A DNA stretch of 31,758 bases from a virus (IMGVR_UViG_3300012971_000057:1-31758); one strand, 5' to 3'; positions 16,193 through 26,052 are shown, counted from the first letter of the stretch. The notes: generated from the sequence alone by a model not told the origin. Numbers and translations are program-made.

Positions 16193-16926
16193 GTACGCCT
16201 CAAACGTACATCGTCTCGTTCACCGACTACACCCCGGTGCCGAGGTTCGATGACGTGCCTTGGTCAACCGTGATGATCGAAGAGGGGCCGACCGAGGAAG
16301 GCCCATGGGCCTTGATCGACACTCAGAACCTCGTCCCACTTGACGCGGATCCGTCCGACCCGATGCCGCGCTCGTTCACGACCAACCAAGCAACCATCGA
16401 GCACGGCTGGTACCGGATCTCGTTCGGAGATGCCTACAACAACGTGATGGAGATGCAGCCGACGTTCAACGGCATCCCCATCGAATGGACGCCGACGCTG
16501 CCGGACGTAGCCGGGGTGATCCTGGTTCGCAGCCGCGACAACAACGGCGTCATTCAGAACACCTTCACCGAGAACACGATCCCGACCGCCGAAGAAGCGC
16601 GCATGTTGATCGACAAGGCGGTCAACAACGTCCGGCCTCTGATCGGAACCGACATCCCCGAGGATCTGATCCAAGAGGCGCAAGATGTCACCGCGCTCCG
16701 GGCTGCGATGTACATCGAGCTGACGTTCTACGGCAACGAGGTCGCTCAGAACCGCTCCGTCTACCCACACCTGAAGACGCTGTTCGATGAGAAGGTCAAG
16801 ACTCTGGCGCAAGCGATCTTGGCCGAGGAGTCTGGTCAGTCTCCTACGGACGCGCTCGCGGGTGCGGGCGGGTCTCCGATGTACGCCTATCCCGTTGATG
16901 ACAACTTGTACGATAGGCCGTTCTGA
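16189..16926 (+). CDS. Head-to-tail adaptor with extra N-terminal beta-sandwich (FN3/Ig-like) domain
   Basis: C-terminal helical part WTPTLPDVAG...TIPTAEEARMLIDKA...LRAAMYIELTFY; N-terminal ~95 aa with EGPWALIDT and GWYRISF. Confidence 0.65.
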   Translation: MSTPQTYIVSFTDYTPVPRFDDVPWSTVMIEEGPTEEGPWALIDTQNLVPLDADPSDPMPRSFTTNQATIEHGWYRISFGDAYNNVMEMQPTFNGIPIEWTPTLPDVAGVILVRSRDNNGVIQNTFTENTIPTAEEARMLIDKAVNNVRPLIGTDIPEDLIQEAQDVTALRAAMYIELTFYGNEVAQNRSVYPHLKTLFDEKVKTLAQAILAEESGQSPTDALAGAGGSPMYAYPVDDNLYDRPF

Positions 16927-17405
16927 TGCCGGTCAAGTTCCTCGACACTCGTATCTTTGGAGTTCAAGAAGTCAAGGAGATGCTATTCGGCGGGAAGGAA
17001 GCTGTCGGGCATATGAAGCCCGCGCTGGAGCTGGTCGCGGACGATCTGATGGAAGTCATCGGCATCAACTTCGAAAGCCAAGGTCGGCGCGGTGGCGGCT
17101 CCTGGCAGATGCTCTCCGAAGACTGGGTGGCTCGCAAGGCGGCTGCGAACAAAGACACTCGCATCCTCTTCTACACTCACAGACTCTTCGACTCGATGAC
17201 CAAGCGAGGCGGCGAACAGGATCTGGTCGTCAACAACTACCGGATCCACTTCTCGACCTATGTCCCATACGCGGTCGTCATGGACGAAGGTAGTGAGGAG
17301 CTTGGGATCCCGGCTCGCCCGTTCATCAAGTTCGTCAGGGGCGATCTCCTGCGCTGGGTCAAGATCTGTGAAGACTACCTCCAGACCTCGATGAAGGTGC
17401 GATGA
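16926..17405 (+). CDS. Virion morphogenesis/tail completion protein (Mu gpG/P2 gpS-like)
   Basis: NFESQG...WQMLS...IL...L..S...VPYA...GIPARPFI pattern. Confidence 0.8.
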   Translation: MPVKFLDTRIFGVQEVKEMLFGGKEAVGHMKPALELVADDLMEVIGINFESQGRRGGGSWQMLSEDWVARKAAANKDTRILFYTHRLFDSMTKRGGEQDLVVNNYRIHFSTYVPYAVVMDEGSEELGIPARPFIKFVRGDLLRWVKICEDYLQTSMKVR

Positions 17406-18049
17406 GTACCTATCCGCCCCCAGACTCAATCTTCCAGCCGATCTTCGACGGCAGCGTTCTGACCCGCGCCGTCATAGCGACGCTCAAGCTTTGGTATCCG
17501 ACGTACATTCACGAACTGGAGATTCAACGAGACTACCCGACTAAGCAGATCCCGCCGCCTCGCACCTATGTCGAGCGTTGGCGCTTCGATTCCTACCCGG
17601 ACGAGCAGATCCCGATTGTGGTTGTTGTTAGTCCCGGCATGGCCGAAGCGCCTGACTACGCTGGGGATGGAGCGGTCGGCGGCTGGTGGGCACTCGGAGT
17701 GGGGGTGATAGCTGCTGCAAATACGGAAGACAACTCGGAGCGTATGGCAAAGATTTACGGAGCGGCTGCGCGCGCGATCCTAGAGCAAAAGAGCTTCCTC
17801 GACGACAGTTGGGAGTTCAACGGGATCAACGTCATGGACGAGAGCTACGAAGATGTCCCGGACATCGAACAGGCTCGTACTATGAGGGCAGCCCAAGTGA
17901 TCTGCCGAGTGCGCGTCGAGAATATGATGAACAAGTGGGCTGGGCCAGCCTACCCGGATCCGCCCGAAGAAGCGCAGCCGGGATCCAATTGGCCCGATGT
18001 CGAGTCTGTGTACGTTGATGTCGAACGACTGGAGGAGGCAGAAGAGTAA
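17402..18049 (+). CDS. Tail terminator-like protein
   Basis: Position before the sheath; EQIPIVVVVSPG motif; ATGA coupling. Confidence 0.6.
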   Translation: MSTYPPPDSIFQPIFDGSVLTRAVIATLKLWYPTYIHELEIQRDYPTKQIPPPRTYVERWRFDSYPDEQIPIVVVVSPGMAEAPDYAGDGAVGGWWALGVGVIAAANTEDNSERMAKIYGAAARAILEQKSFLDDSWEFNGINVMDESYEDVPDIEQARTMRAAQVICRVRVENMMNKWAGPAYPDPPEEAQPGSNWPDVESVYVDVERLEEAEE

Positions 18050-18291
18050 TGGCGGATACCAAACCGACGAAGAAGCCGCCAGGCGGAACGCAGTATCGCT
18101 TCATCGGCCCGCACGCCGTCATCCTGGACGAAGGGCAGCCGCTTGGCCCGGGTGACTACGTCACCTTGGACGCTCCTGGCGAGCATGCCCAAGGGATGAT
18201 CGACATCGGCTGGCTGATCGACGCGACCGGCGTCACACCGCCCGAACCGCAGATGGAGGAGCAATCAACTGAGGAGGAGGCACCGGCATGA
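18049..18291 (+). CDS. Small hypothetical protein preceding the sheath
   Basis: GGAGG RBS, TAATG/ATGA coupling. Confidence 0.7.
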   Translation: MADTKPTKKPPGGTQYRFIGPHAVILDEGQPLGPGDYVTLDAPGEHAQGMIDIGWLIDATGVTPPEPQMEEQSTEEEAPA

Positions 18292-19736
18292 GCGCAGTGC
18301 TCGTCCGGCCTGGCGTCAACGTCACTCTGCGAAGCTCGCCGCCAGCGCGCTCCGCGCCGACTGACACCGGCGTCTGGTTCGTCACAGGTCTCACCGATTC
18401 GGGGCCGGTCGCCCCGACGCAGATCCAGAGCTTGTCAGACTTCACGCGGATCTTCGGGCCGCGCGTCTCGTACAGCGTGTTGTACGACGCTCTGGATGTG
18501 TACTTCCGCGAGGGCGGGGCCACAGCTTGGATCGCGCGTGTGGTCGGCCCTGCAGCCGTCACGGCATCCCGCACTCTCAACGATGCGGGGGCTGCGGTGG
18601 CTCTCACCGTCTCCGCGCTCGGCCCGGGCGCGAGCGGGAACAACATCAAGGTCGGGGTTCGTGCTGGCGGCGGCTCCGGTACATTCGTTCTGTTCGTCCA
18701 GGACGCGACCAACACCGAGGTCGAGACCAGTCCGGATCTCGTGGACAACAACGCCGCTGTTCTTTGGGCGGCCAGCTCGTCCTACATCCGGGCCGCGCTC
18801 GGCGCGTCGGCCAACGATCCGGCTCCGGTGGCGGCGTCGGCTCTGACCGGCGGCAACGATGACCGTAACAACATCGTGGACGCTCAGTGGGCGAGCGCGC
18901 TTGCCCTGATCACGAGCGATCTCGGCCCTGGCCAGGTCTCGGCTCCGGGCCGCACGACCGATGTGGGACACCAGCAGTTGGTCGATCATGCCGGAACGCA
19001 TCGGCGGGTCGCTCTCCTGGACGCGCCGGATACGTCAACCGTGAACACCTTGCTCGCGAGCGCGACCGGCGCGCGAACGGGCAACCAGAAGTTCTCGGCC
19101 ATGTTCTGGCCGTGGGTGATCGTGCCGGGTGTGGTCACCGGCTCGACGCGCTCCGTTCCGCCCTCGGCTCTGATTGCGGGCCTGCTCTCCCGCAACGACT
19201 CGTCCGGCGTCGGAGCTGACCAGGCGGCTGCTGGTGATCAGGGAGTCTCGATCTTCAGCGTGGATCTCTCGCAGCCGGCAGTCAGTGATACGGTTCGCGG
19301 GCAGCTCAACGTCGGCTGCATCGACGTGGTTCGCGAGCTGTACGGAGCCATCCGAAACTACGGCTGGCGCTCGCTCGTGGATCCGAACGCGGAGCCGGAC
19401 TGGGTCAACTTCGGCTGTGCTCGGCTCTACATGGGCATCGCGGCCAACGCGCAAAACATCGCGGAAGGGTTCATGTTCGACAAGATCGACGGTCAGGGCA
19501 AGACGATCTCCGCGTTCAACGGAGCACTCTCCGGTCTGCTCCAGACCTACTACAACAACGGCGACCTGTACGGCGCGTCCGCCGGGGATGCGTTCTTCGT
19601 AGACACTGGCCCGCAGGTCAACACTCCAACGACGATCTCGCGGCACGAGCTTCACGCGGTACTGAACGTCCGCATGAGCGAGTTCGCCGAGATGGTGCAA
19701 ATCGAAATCTACAAGAAGCCGATCACGGAGCCGTAG
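18288..19736 (+). CDS. Tail sheath protein
   Basis: RPGVNV, FVTGLTDSGP, FTRIFG, YFREGG, LTGGND, ALLDAP, FWPW, VPPSALIAG, YGWRSL, EFAEMVQI motifs. Confidence 0.92.
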   Translation: MSAVLVRPGVNVTLRSSPPARSAPTDTGVWFVTGLTDSGPVAPTQIQSLSDFTRIFGPRVSYSVLYDALDVYFREGGATAWIARVVGPAAVTASRTLNDAGAAVALTVSALGPGASGNNIKVGVRAGGGSGTFVLFVQDATNTEVETSPDLVDNNAAVLWAASSSYIRAALGASANDPAPVAASALTGGNDDRNNIVDAQWASALALITSDLGPGQVSAPGRTTDVGHQQLVDHAGTHRRVALLDAPDTSTVNTLLASATGARTGNQKFSAMFWPWVIVPGVVTGSTRSVPPSALIAGLLSRNDSSGVGADQAAAGDQGVSIFSVDLSQPAVSDTVRGQLNVGCIDVVRELYGAIRNYGWRSLVDPNAEPDWVNFGCARLYMGIAANAQNIAEGFMFDKIDGQGKTISAFNGALSGLLQTYYNNGDLYGASAGDAFFVDTGPQVNTPTTISRHELHAVLNVRMSEFAEMVQIEIYKKPITEP

Positions 19737-19747
19737 GAGGCGAGTAG

Positions 19748-20206
19748 ATGAGCACTCAGATCAGAGGGACTCGTCTCGACACCTGGCAGGTCACGCTGCA
19801 AGTCGAGCACCCTCACAAGCCAGGCAACATGATCCCGTACGGCGTCTGGGACACCAGAACGGGCGGCGAGATCGACTCAGAAGAGCGGCTGTACTACCCG
19901 GGCGGTATGGCGCCACCGTACTCGCTCGGAGGCAGGATCACCCCGGGGCAGCTCACGATGAGCCGCAACTACCGGCTCGGGCGTGATCACGACAACATCC
20001 AGCAGCTGATTGACGCGGCAGGCGTCTCGCGCGTTGTCATCTCGGCGCAGCCGATGGATCGCTACAAGAACCACTACGGTCGGCCCATCGTCTGGACGGG
20101 CACGCTGAAGACCGTAACGCTTCCGGAGCACAACTCCGAGAGCACGAGCGATCCTGGCATGGTCGAGATCGTCTGTACAATCGACAACAAGCCGACCAGC
20201 ACCTAG
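19748..20206 (+). CDS. Tail tube protein
   Basis: 152 aa directly after the sheath; WDTRTGGEIDSE...YYPGGM...LTMSR; AGGAGG RBS. Confidence 0.85.
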   Translation: MSTQIRGTRLDTWQVTLQVEHPHKPGNMIPYGVWDTRTGGEIDSEERLYYPGGMAPPYSLGGRITPGQLTMSRNYRLGRDHDNIQQLIDAAGVSRVVISAQPMDRYKNHYGRPIVWTGTLKTVTLPEHNSESTSDPGMVEIVCTIDNKPTST

Positions 20207-20227
20207 CAGGAATAGGAGGGAGCAAAT

Positions 20228-20773
20228 ATGGAGATCAACGAAGAGCAGCCTGCTCTCCACGAGATCACCGAAGAGGTAGGGATCAAGCCGGGTTCTCTGG
20301 CGGATCAGCTGCGTGCCCAGCGCACGGCTCTCGCAGAGACCAAGGAGGTCATTCTACCTCTCACCGGCTACGAAGAGTACAACGTCGCCGTCAAGCACCG
20401 CTTGATCGACCGCAAGGAGATCGAGGTCATCGGTCGCAAGGTTCTGACCGAGACCCGTGACCGCAGTGAGCGGAACATGCGGATTCTGCTCGACACGATC
20501 ATCAACTCCACGGTCGGCTTCTACCTGCAGGACGGCGAAGAGGTACGGGAGATCCAGGATGACCGCCACAACGACCGCCACGTTCTCAACTGGGACGAGT
20601 TTGCCAACTACCTCGGCTGGCAAACCAACGGTGAGGGTGACGCTCGTACGGCGGTCTACTGGGTCTTCGGCTTCAACGAGTTCATGGTGGGCCAATACGG
20701 GATCATGCTCAACCGCTGGATGGCCAACACCGGCATGAAGGTGGACGAGGAGTTCCTGGGGGAAGTTCTCTAG
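20228..20773 (+). CDS. Tail assembly chaperone (G-type)
   Basis: Between tube and tape measure; acidic; ends with slippery GGGGGAA. Confidence 0.8.
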   Translation: MEINEEQPALHEITEEVGIKPGSLADQLRAQRTALAETKEVILPLTGYEEYNVAVKHRLIDRKEIEVIGRKVLTETRDRSERNMRILLDTIINSTVGFYLQDGEEVREIQDDRHNDRHVLNWDEFANYLGWQTNGEGDARTAVYWVFGFNEFMVGQYGIMLNRWMANTGMKVDEEFLGEVL

Positions 20774-20970
20774 GGATCCCCGATGAGATCAAGGCAGCAG
20801 CCCAGGTGGCGTTCTCCGGTCAGGATCCTCACAAGTTCCTGGACACGGACGACTCGGAGCTTCGCTCGCGAATGATGGCTATCGCGACCGAATACCAGAA
20901 GCTGATGCTATTGGCCAACGAGGATCTCGCGATCAAGATCATCAACAAACTTGGTGAGGCGATGAAGTAA
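20758..20970 (+). CDS. -1 frameshift extension of the tail assembly chaperone (GT-type; GGSSLGIPDEIKAAAQVAFSGQDPHKFLDTDDSELRSRMMAIATEYQKLMLLANEDLAIKIINKLGEAMK*)
   Basis: G GGG GAA at 20758-20764; the -1 frame is open to TAA 20968-20970, which overlaps the TMP ATG. Confidence 0.8.
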   Translation, partial: GGSSLGIPDEIKAAAQVAFSGQDPHKFLDTDDSELRSRMMAIATEYQKLMLLANEDLAIKIINKLGEAMK

Positions 20971-23222
20971 TGGCGCTCGGTGGAGCCAACGCCACCATAC
21001 GGATCGTTCTGACCGGCGCTCGGAGCGCAATCGCTGGGATCGAGGCGACGGGCGCAGCTGTCACCGGTCTGGCTGAGAAGGTCAGGGTTCTTGAGGCGGC
21101 AGAGACCGGCGCTACCAAGCGTGGCTTCCTCATGAACCAGGTTCTGTTCACGATGCGGCGTTACGCCTACATGGGAACGCTCGCTCTGACCGGCGCGGCT
21201 GTCGCCTTTACCAAGTGGGGAATCGACTTCAACTCGACGATGCAGCAGGCGACGACCGCTCTGTTGCCGGTCATGCACGGATCCCAGGCCGTACGCGATG
21301 AGCTGTTCAAGCTCTTCAATATGGCCAAGTACAATCCCTTCCGGTTCCAGGATATGACAACGGCGTTCCGTTCGATGTTCCTGGCGATGCAGCCACTCGG
21401 GATTACCGCGCAGCAAGTGAATCAGACGCTGAGAGCGATGACCGATGCGCTCTCAGCGACGGGCCGGACTAGCCCCGCGCAGCTCAACCGAGTCGCGGTC
21501 GCGCTTCAGCATATGGCGTACCAAGGTCGCTTGACCGGGTTCACGGTCAACCAGCTCGCCCGCGACGGCATCCCGATCTTCGGAGCCTTGCGGAAGGAAC
21601 TGGGTCTGACCGGCGATCAGCTTCACAATATCTCCGCGCTCGGGATCCCGACCTCGGTAGTCCTACAGGCCATCAACAGATTCATCGAGACTCAGCCGGG
21701 ATACATGAACGCAGCCGCGCGGCAGGCGAAGACGCTCAACGGTCAGCTCGCGACCCTCAAGGACAACATCTCGCAGACGATGGGCTACCTGACGGCTGGC
21801 GTCTTCCGAGGAGTATCGAGTGGGCTACTCCCGTCTCTCAACAAGACGTTCGACGCGATAGCTGCGCGAGCGAAGCAGCAGGGATATAAGCTCAGGTTCT
21901 CGGACATTCTGGACGTATTCTCCAAGCGGTACCCGCAAGCGTCCGGGATCTTCGATCTGTTCAAGACGCTCGTTATGGTCTTGAAGCCGCTCGGCTATCT
22001 ACTCAAGCAGACAGCCATAGGTCTTGGGACGGTTCTGTTTGTGGCGGGCAAAATCTCGATTGCCCTTCGGCCTCTGATCGTCGCCTTTACTTGGTTGATC
22101 AAGCACGTCCCAGGTCTGCAGTACATCATGATCGGCCTGGCCGCGTCGTTTGTGGCGTGCTACTTCGCCGCCAAGATTGCAGAAGCAGGCGGTCTGCGGA
22201 AGTGGCTTCTGACGCTCAAGCTGCTTGGCGGTTCACTCAAGGCTGCAGAGGTCATGATGGCGCAGTTCGCTTTCATGACAAGGGTCACCGGCTGGATCGC
22301 TCAAGCCTCTGGTGCGAGAATCAAAGAACTATGGCTGATCATGATGGGGAAGAACGTTGGCGGTTACGGCACAGTGATCAGCCGGGGCGGCAAGTGGGTG
22401 CCTCTAAGCACATTCGAAAAGGGCATCATGAGAATCGGCATTGCGATTCGGGGAACTCTTATCCCTGCGATCCAAGATGCCGGTGTCGCGATGTGGGCGT
22501 TCCTATTGGACAACCCGATTGGTTGGATCGTTCTCGCGGTCGCAGCGGTCGTCGGCGGTCTCGTGATCCTCTACTTCAAGTGGAAGCGGTTCCACGACTT
22601 CGTCAACAAGACGGCCCAGTATATCTGGAACCACTGGTATAACCTCCGTCTGTTTGTCCACGAGATCGTCAACCTGGCCCACAAGCTGCGTGACTTTTGG
22701 AACGATCACTACAAGGCGTTCGAAAAGCTCTGGCACCTAGCGCAGCCGGTGCTCAACTGGATCCTCAAGCACTGGCAATGGATCGGAGTCGCGATTGGCG
22801 ACCCGATTGCTACCTTTACCTTGTGGTACAAATTCATGACGATGTTGATCGGAGCGGTCAGCACGCTCGTCGGTTGGGTCAAGCGTCTTATCCACTGGAT
22901 CGGCAAGATTCATATTCCCAGCTGGCTCAGTAGAATGACAAAGACCATTGCAGAGGGCGCATGGAATACTCTGAACTTTGCGACGGGCGGACTCCCTCGC
23001 GGACTCATCGACTACCGCACTATGGGCGGGCCTGCCTTTGCAACTCCAAGCGGCGGCGCAATCCCTGTGACCTCTCCCAACCAGTTCGCGCGGAGTATGG
23101 CAGTAGCGCAGGGTCAGGCAAGACCTATGCAAGTTTCGTCCACGGTGCACGTGCATGTTGACGGTAAGAAGGTCGCGGAGGCAACCGCAAAACACCGACA
23201 GAATAAGGCGGCGCGTAGATGA
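20970..23222 (+). CDS. Tape measure protein
   Basis: Tape-measure domain (FNSTMQQATTAL...NPFRFQDM...QLARDGIPI...QAKTLNGQLATLKDN), hydrophobic segments, NPIGWIV and Trp-periodic repeats. Confidence 0.92.
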   Translation: MALGGANATIRIVLTGARSAIAGIEATGAAVTGLAEKVRVLEAAETGATKRGFLMNQVLFTMRRYAYMGTLALTGAAVAFTKWGIDFNSTMQQATTALLPVMHGSQAVRDELFKLFNMAKYNPFRFQDMTTAFRSMFLAMQPLGITAQQVNQTLRAMTDALSATGRTSPAQLNRVAVALQHMAYQGRLTGFTVNQLARDGIPIFGALRKELGLTGDQLHNISALGIPTSVVLQAINRFIETQPGYMNAAARQAKTLNGQLATLKDNISQTMGYLTAGVFRGVSSGLLPSLNKTFDAIAARAKQQGYKLRFSDILDVFSKRYPQASGIFDLFKTLVMVLKPLGYLLKQTAIGLGTVLFVAGKISIALRPLIVAFTWLIKHVPGLQYIMIGLAASFVACYFAAKIAEAGGLRKWLLTLKLLGGSLKAAEVMMAQFAFMTRVTGWIAQASGARIKELWLIMMGKNVGGYGTVISRGGKWVPLSTFEKGIMRIGIAIRGTLIPAIQDAGVAMWAFLLDNPIGWIVLAVAAVVGGLVILYFKWKRFHDFVNKTAQYIWNHWYNLRLFVHEIVNLAHKLRDFWNDHYKAFEKLWHLAQPVLNWILKHWQWIGVAIGDPIATFTLWYKFMTMLIGAVSTLVGWVKRLIHWIGKIHIPSWLSRMTKTIAEGAWNTLNFATGGLPRGLIDYRTMGGPAFATPSGGAIPVTSPNQFARSMAVAQGQARPMQVSSTVHVHVDGKKVAEATAKHRQNKAARR

Positions 23223-23923
23223 GTGGCATCGTATTCTCGGACGTTCACCCGCGCGGCAAGAAACAATCGGTCTACAAGCCGACGACGCCGCCTGACCGCT
23301 ACTACTACATCTTCCGGTCGAGCGATGGAGCCTCGGTTCGCGTCATGCGCGGAGACGGCCCGCCGACGATGACCGGCGGGATCGGCGGCTGGAACCAGAT
23401 TGCCCGCCCGCGCCGCGTCGCGCTGACGCAATGGGGTGGCCGCGAGCCGTACCAGATGGACGTGCCGATCCTCTTCAATGGCTGGCACGACCAGCAGAGC
23501 GTCGAGCGCGAGATCCGGCAGCTCAACAAGATGGGCCTCGGCCTCGACTGGCATCAGCCTCCGACCGTCACCCTCGACGGCGCGCACCCGGATGTCGCAG
23601 TTGCCGGCGCGCAATGGGTGATCAACGACATCACATGGGGCGATGACGTGTACTGGGATCTGGGCAAGGATGGCACTCCGTTCCGCATGCGGCAGGACGC
23701 AGTAGTCCATCTGCTTGAGTACCACGAGGAGGATCGTCTGAACATCGTCGTCACGAAGTCTCTGCCAAACACGTACATTGTTCACCGCAAGGGCGAGACA
23801 CTTCGCAGTATCGCCAAGGCGATGTACGGGAACGGCGACCGCTGGAAGGACATCAAGAAGGCTAACCCGAAGATCCGCGACCCGAACAAGCTGCCGTTGA
23901 AAACCAAGCTGAGGATCCCGTAG
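23219..23923 (+). CDS. Tail tube initiator with C-terminal LysM domain
   Basis: YIVHRKGETLRSIAKAMYGNGDRWKDIKKANPKIRDPNKL...LRIP is a LysM; position after TMP. Confidence 0.85.
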   Translation: MSGIVFSDVHPRGKKQSVYKPTTPPDRYYYIFRSSDGASVRVMRGDGPPTMTGGIGGWNQIARPRRVALTQWGGREPYQMDVPILFNGWHDQQSVEREIRQLNKMGLGLDWHQPPTVTLDGAHPDVAVAGAQWVINDITWGDDVYWDLGKDGTPFRMRQDAVVHLLEYHEEDRLNIVVTKSLPNTYIVHRKGETLRSIAKAMYGNGDRWKDIKKANPKIRDPNKLPLKTKLRIP

Positions 23924-26052
23924 TGCCTACCAAGGCTACCGCTCTCACCGCCGTTCACAAGCTGGAGCTGTCGAAGCTCGATCCGAAGACCATCCAGAAG
24001 GAGATGATGGGCGAGGACTTCGACCTCGGCAAACTGAACGTCTACCTGCAGAGCAAGGTGTTGTTCGACTCGTCGGCGCGGGTGATCGATGTCAACGTCA
24101 ACCGGACTATCGATGGTGCGAGTACGCTTGACTTGCTGGTGGACGACTACGACCGAACTCTTCTCAAGTCGAAGGTTCTGAACGCGCGTCTGGACATCGA
24201 GATCGACGGCCTTTGGTTCCGGCTCGTCAAGGTTTCTAAGGATGCGGGATCGGATCAACTAACGCTCGGCTTTGAGCAGCGCGAGATCGCGCTCCTGCGA
24301 ACGTATCCGAAGCACAACGCTCCGCATAATGGCGTCAAGTTCGCCAGCCGCGATAAGACGACGCGCGCCGAGTTCATCCTCAATCTGATCCGCGAGGTCA
24401 AGGAAGTCAAGATCCCGGTCGTCATCCCTCACCTGAAGCAGATCCAGCCGATCACCAAGGCGAAGGATACGACGGTGGGAACGAAGTGGGGAGATGTCGT
24501 AGCCACCGGGGACATATCCGGCGGGATCCCGGCTCTCACTCAGGAATCGCCAATCGAAGCTCGCCATCATGGTGATCCATATCCCAAAGGCGTGTACCTT
24601 ACCGTCAAGGGAGTCGCGATGGTGAAGGATCAGCGCAACAACGCCAATACGATTCTGACGGTCGCGAAGAATATGAATGCGAACCGTAAGGTCTGCGTCT
24701 GCGCGATCATGACGGCGATCCAGGAGTCTACGCTCCACAACCTCTCGGGCGGCGACGGTACCAGCGTTGGTCTCTTCCAGCAGACGACCTACTATGGGAG
24801 CTATGCTGACCGGCACGATCCGGCGACCTCGGCCCGAATGTTCCTGGAGCGATGTATCAAAGAAGACCAGAGCTACAAGGGGTGGAGCTACAACGATCTC
24901 TGCCAGAACGTTCAGCGCTCGGGCCATCCCGATCTTTACGGGCAATGGCAGGGTGAGGCCAACGCGATTGTCACGGCCTTCGGGATCCCGCCTGGGAAGG
25001 GTGGTGACACCGGCAACGAGGGTGACGCAGCCTTCATGAACAACATGTCCCAGATTTGGTCGCCTACGGCCGACAATACCTACTACTACATGCGCGGTAC
25101 TCAAGACTCGGCCAACAAGACTTTCAAGCGCGAGGATAACTGGACGTGTATTCGTCGGCTCGCGGACGAGGTTGGCTGGCGCGCCTTCTTCATCGGCGGC
25201 GTCTTCTACTACCTCACCGACGATGATCTATTCAAGACTCAGCCGATAGTCACCGTGACGGAGAGTACGGCTGGCGTTCAGGGCATTGGCTTCGACTACG
25301 ACCTCGGCAAGAAGGGTGCGACCGTGGACATGCCCTGCCAGGTCGGCCTCTGGCTCGCGCCGCCTGGTTCGATCATCGTGCTTCAGGATATGGGGCCGAT
25401 CACCGGCCGCTGGTGCGTCAACAACTTCTCGCGGAGCCTCTTCGACGACAACGCGGATGTCAACTTGACCAAGCCGCAGCCGACCCTGCCGGAGCCTTTG
25501 GACGATAACATCCAGACACTCCCGACTTGGGCGCAGGGCCATCCGGCTGATCCAAGCGTCGCAGCCTCGACCGACGCCGCGATGTTCGGCGGGCTACCCG
25601 GCACGGACGGCTCGCGCAAGGCGGTCGTCATGATCGCTCAGAAGTGCGTCGAGATTCAGGCCAAGTGGCCGTTCCACTACGCGCATGCCTGGCAGAATCC
25701 TCGACCGTATCCGGATACGCTCTTCAGCGCTGAAGCCCATAGCTCGTCCAAGGGGATCGACTGTTCCTCGTTCGTGACGCTCTGCTACAAGGAGGCGGGC
25801 GCAGCCGATCCGAATGGAGCAGGCTACAGCGGCAATGGGTACACTGGCACTCTCGCCACTCATGGCGCGCCAGTTCCCTACCCGTCGCCGGGTGATCTCG
25901 TCTTCTATGGATCGCCGCCTGACTACCATCATGTTGCGCTCGTCGTTGGCGGTGGCAATCAAATCCAGATCGGTGGCGATGACGGCGTCAAGATGGAGTC
26001 CCTCAACGGCCCCGGCCCGCCGACTGCCTACCGGAGCTATCTGCCGCTATGA
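23923..26052 (+). CDS. Baseplate hub with inserted lysozyme-like domain and C-terminal NlpC/P60 peptidase
   Basis: Hub-like N-terminus and WTCIRRLADEVGW; TAIQESTLHNL...SVGLFQQ...VQRSGHP; GIDCSSFV...PGDLVFYG...HHVALVVG. Confidence 0.85.
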   Translation: MPTKATALTAVHKLELSKLDPKTIQKEMMGEDFDLGKLNVYLQSKVLFDSSARVIDVNVNRTIDGASTLDLLVDDYDRTLLKSKVLNARLDIEIDGLWFRLVKVSKDAGSDQLTLGFEQREIALLRTYPKHNAPHNGVKFASRDKTTRAEFILNLIREVKEVKIPVVIPHLKQIQPITKAKDTTVGTKWGDVVATGDISGGIPALTQESPIEARHHGDPYPKGVYLTVKGVAMVKDQRNNANTILTVAKNMNANRKVCVCAIMTAIQESTLHNLSGGDGTSVGLFQQTTYYGSYADRHDPATSARMFLERCIKEDQSYKGWSYNDLCQNVQRSGHPDLYGQWQGEANAIVTAFGIPPGKGGDTGNEGDAAFMNNMSQIWSPTADNTYYYMRGTQDSANKTFKREDNWTCIRRLADEVGWRAFFIGGVFYYLTDDDLFKTQPIVTVTESTAGVQGIGFDYDLGKKGATVDMPCQVGLWLAPPGSIIVLQDMGPITGRWCVNNFSRSLFDDNADVNLTKPQPTLPEPLDDNIQTLPTWAQGHPADPSVAASTDAAMFGGLPGTDGSRKAVVMIAQKCVEIQAKWPFHYAHAWQNPRPYPDTLFSAEAHSSSKGIDCSSFVTLCYKEAGAADPNGAGYSGNGYTGTLATHGAPVPYPSPGDLVFYGSPPDYHHVALVVGGGNQIQIGGDDGVKMESLNGPGPPTAYRSYLPL

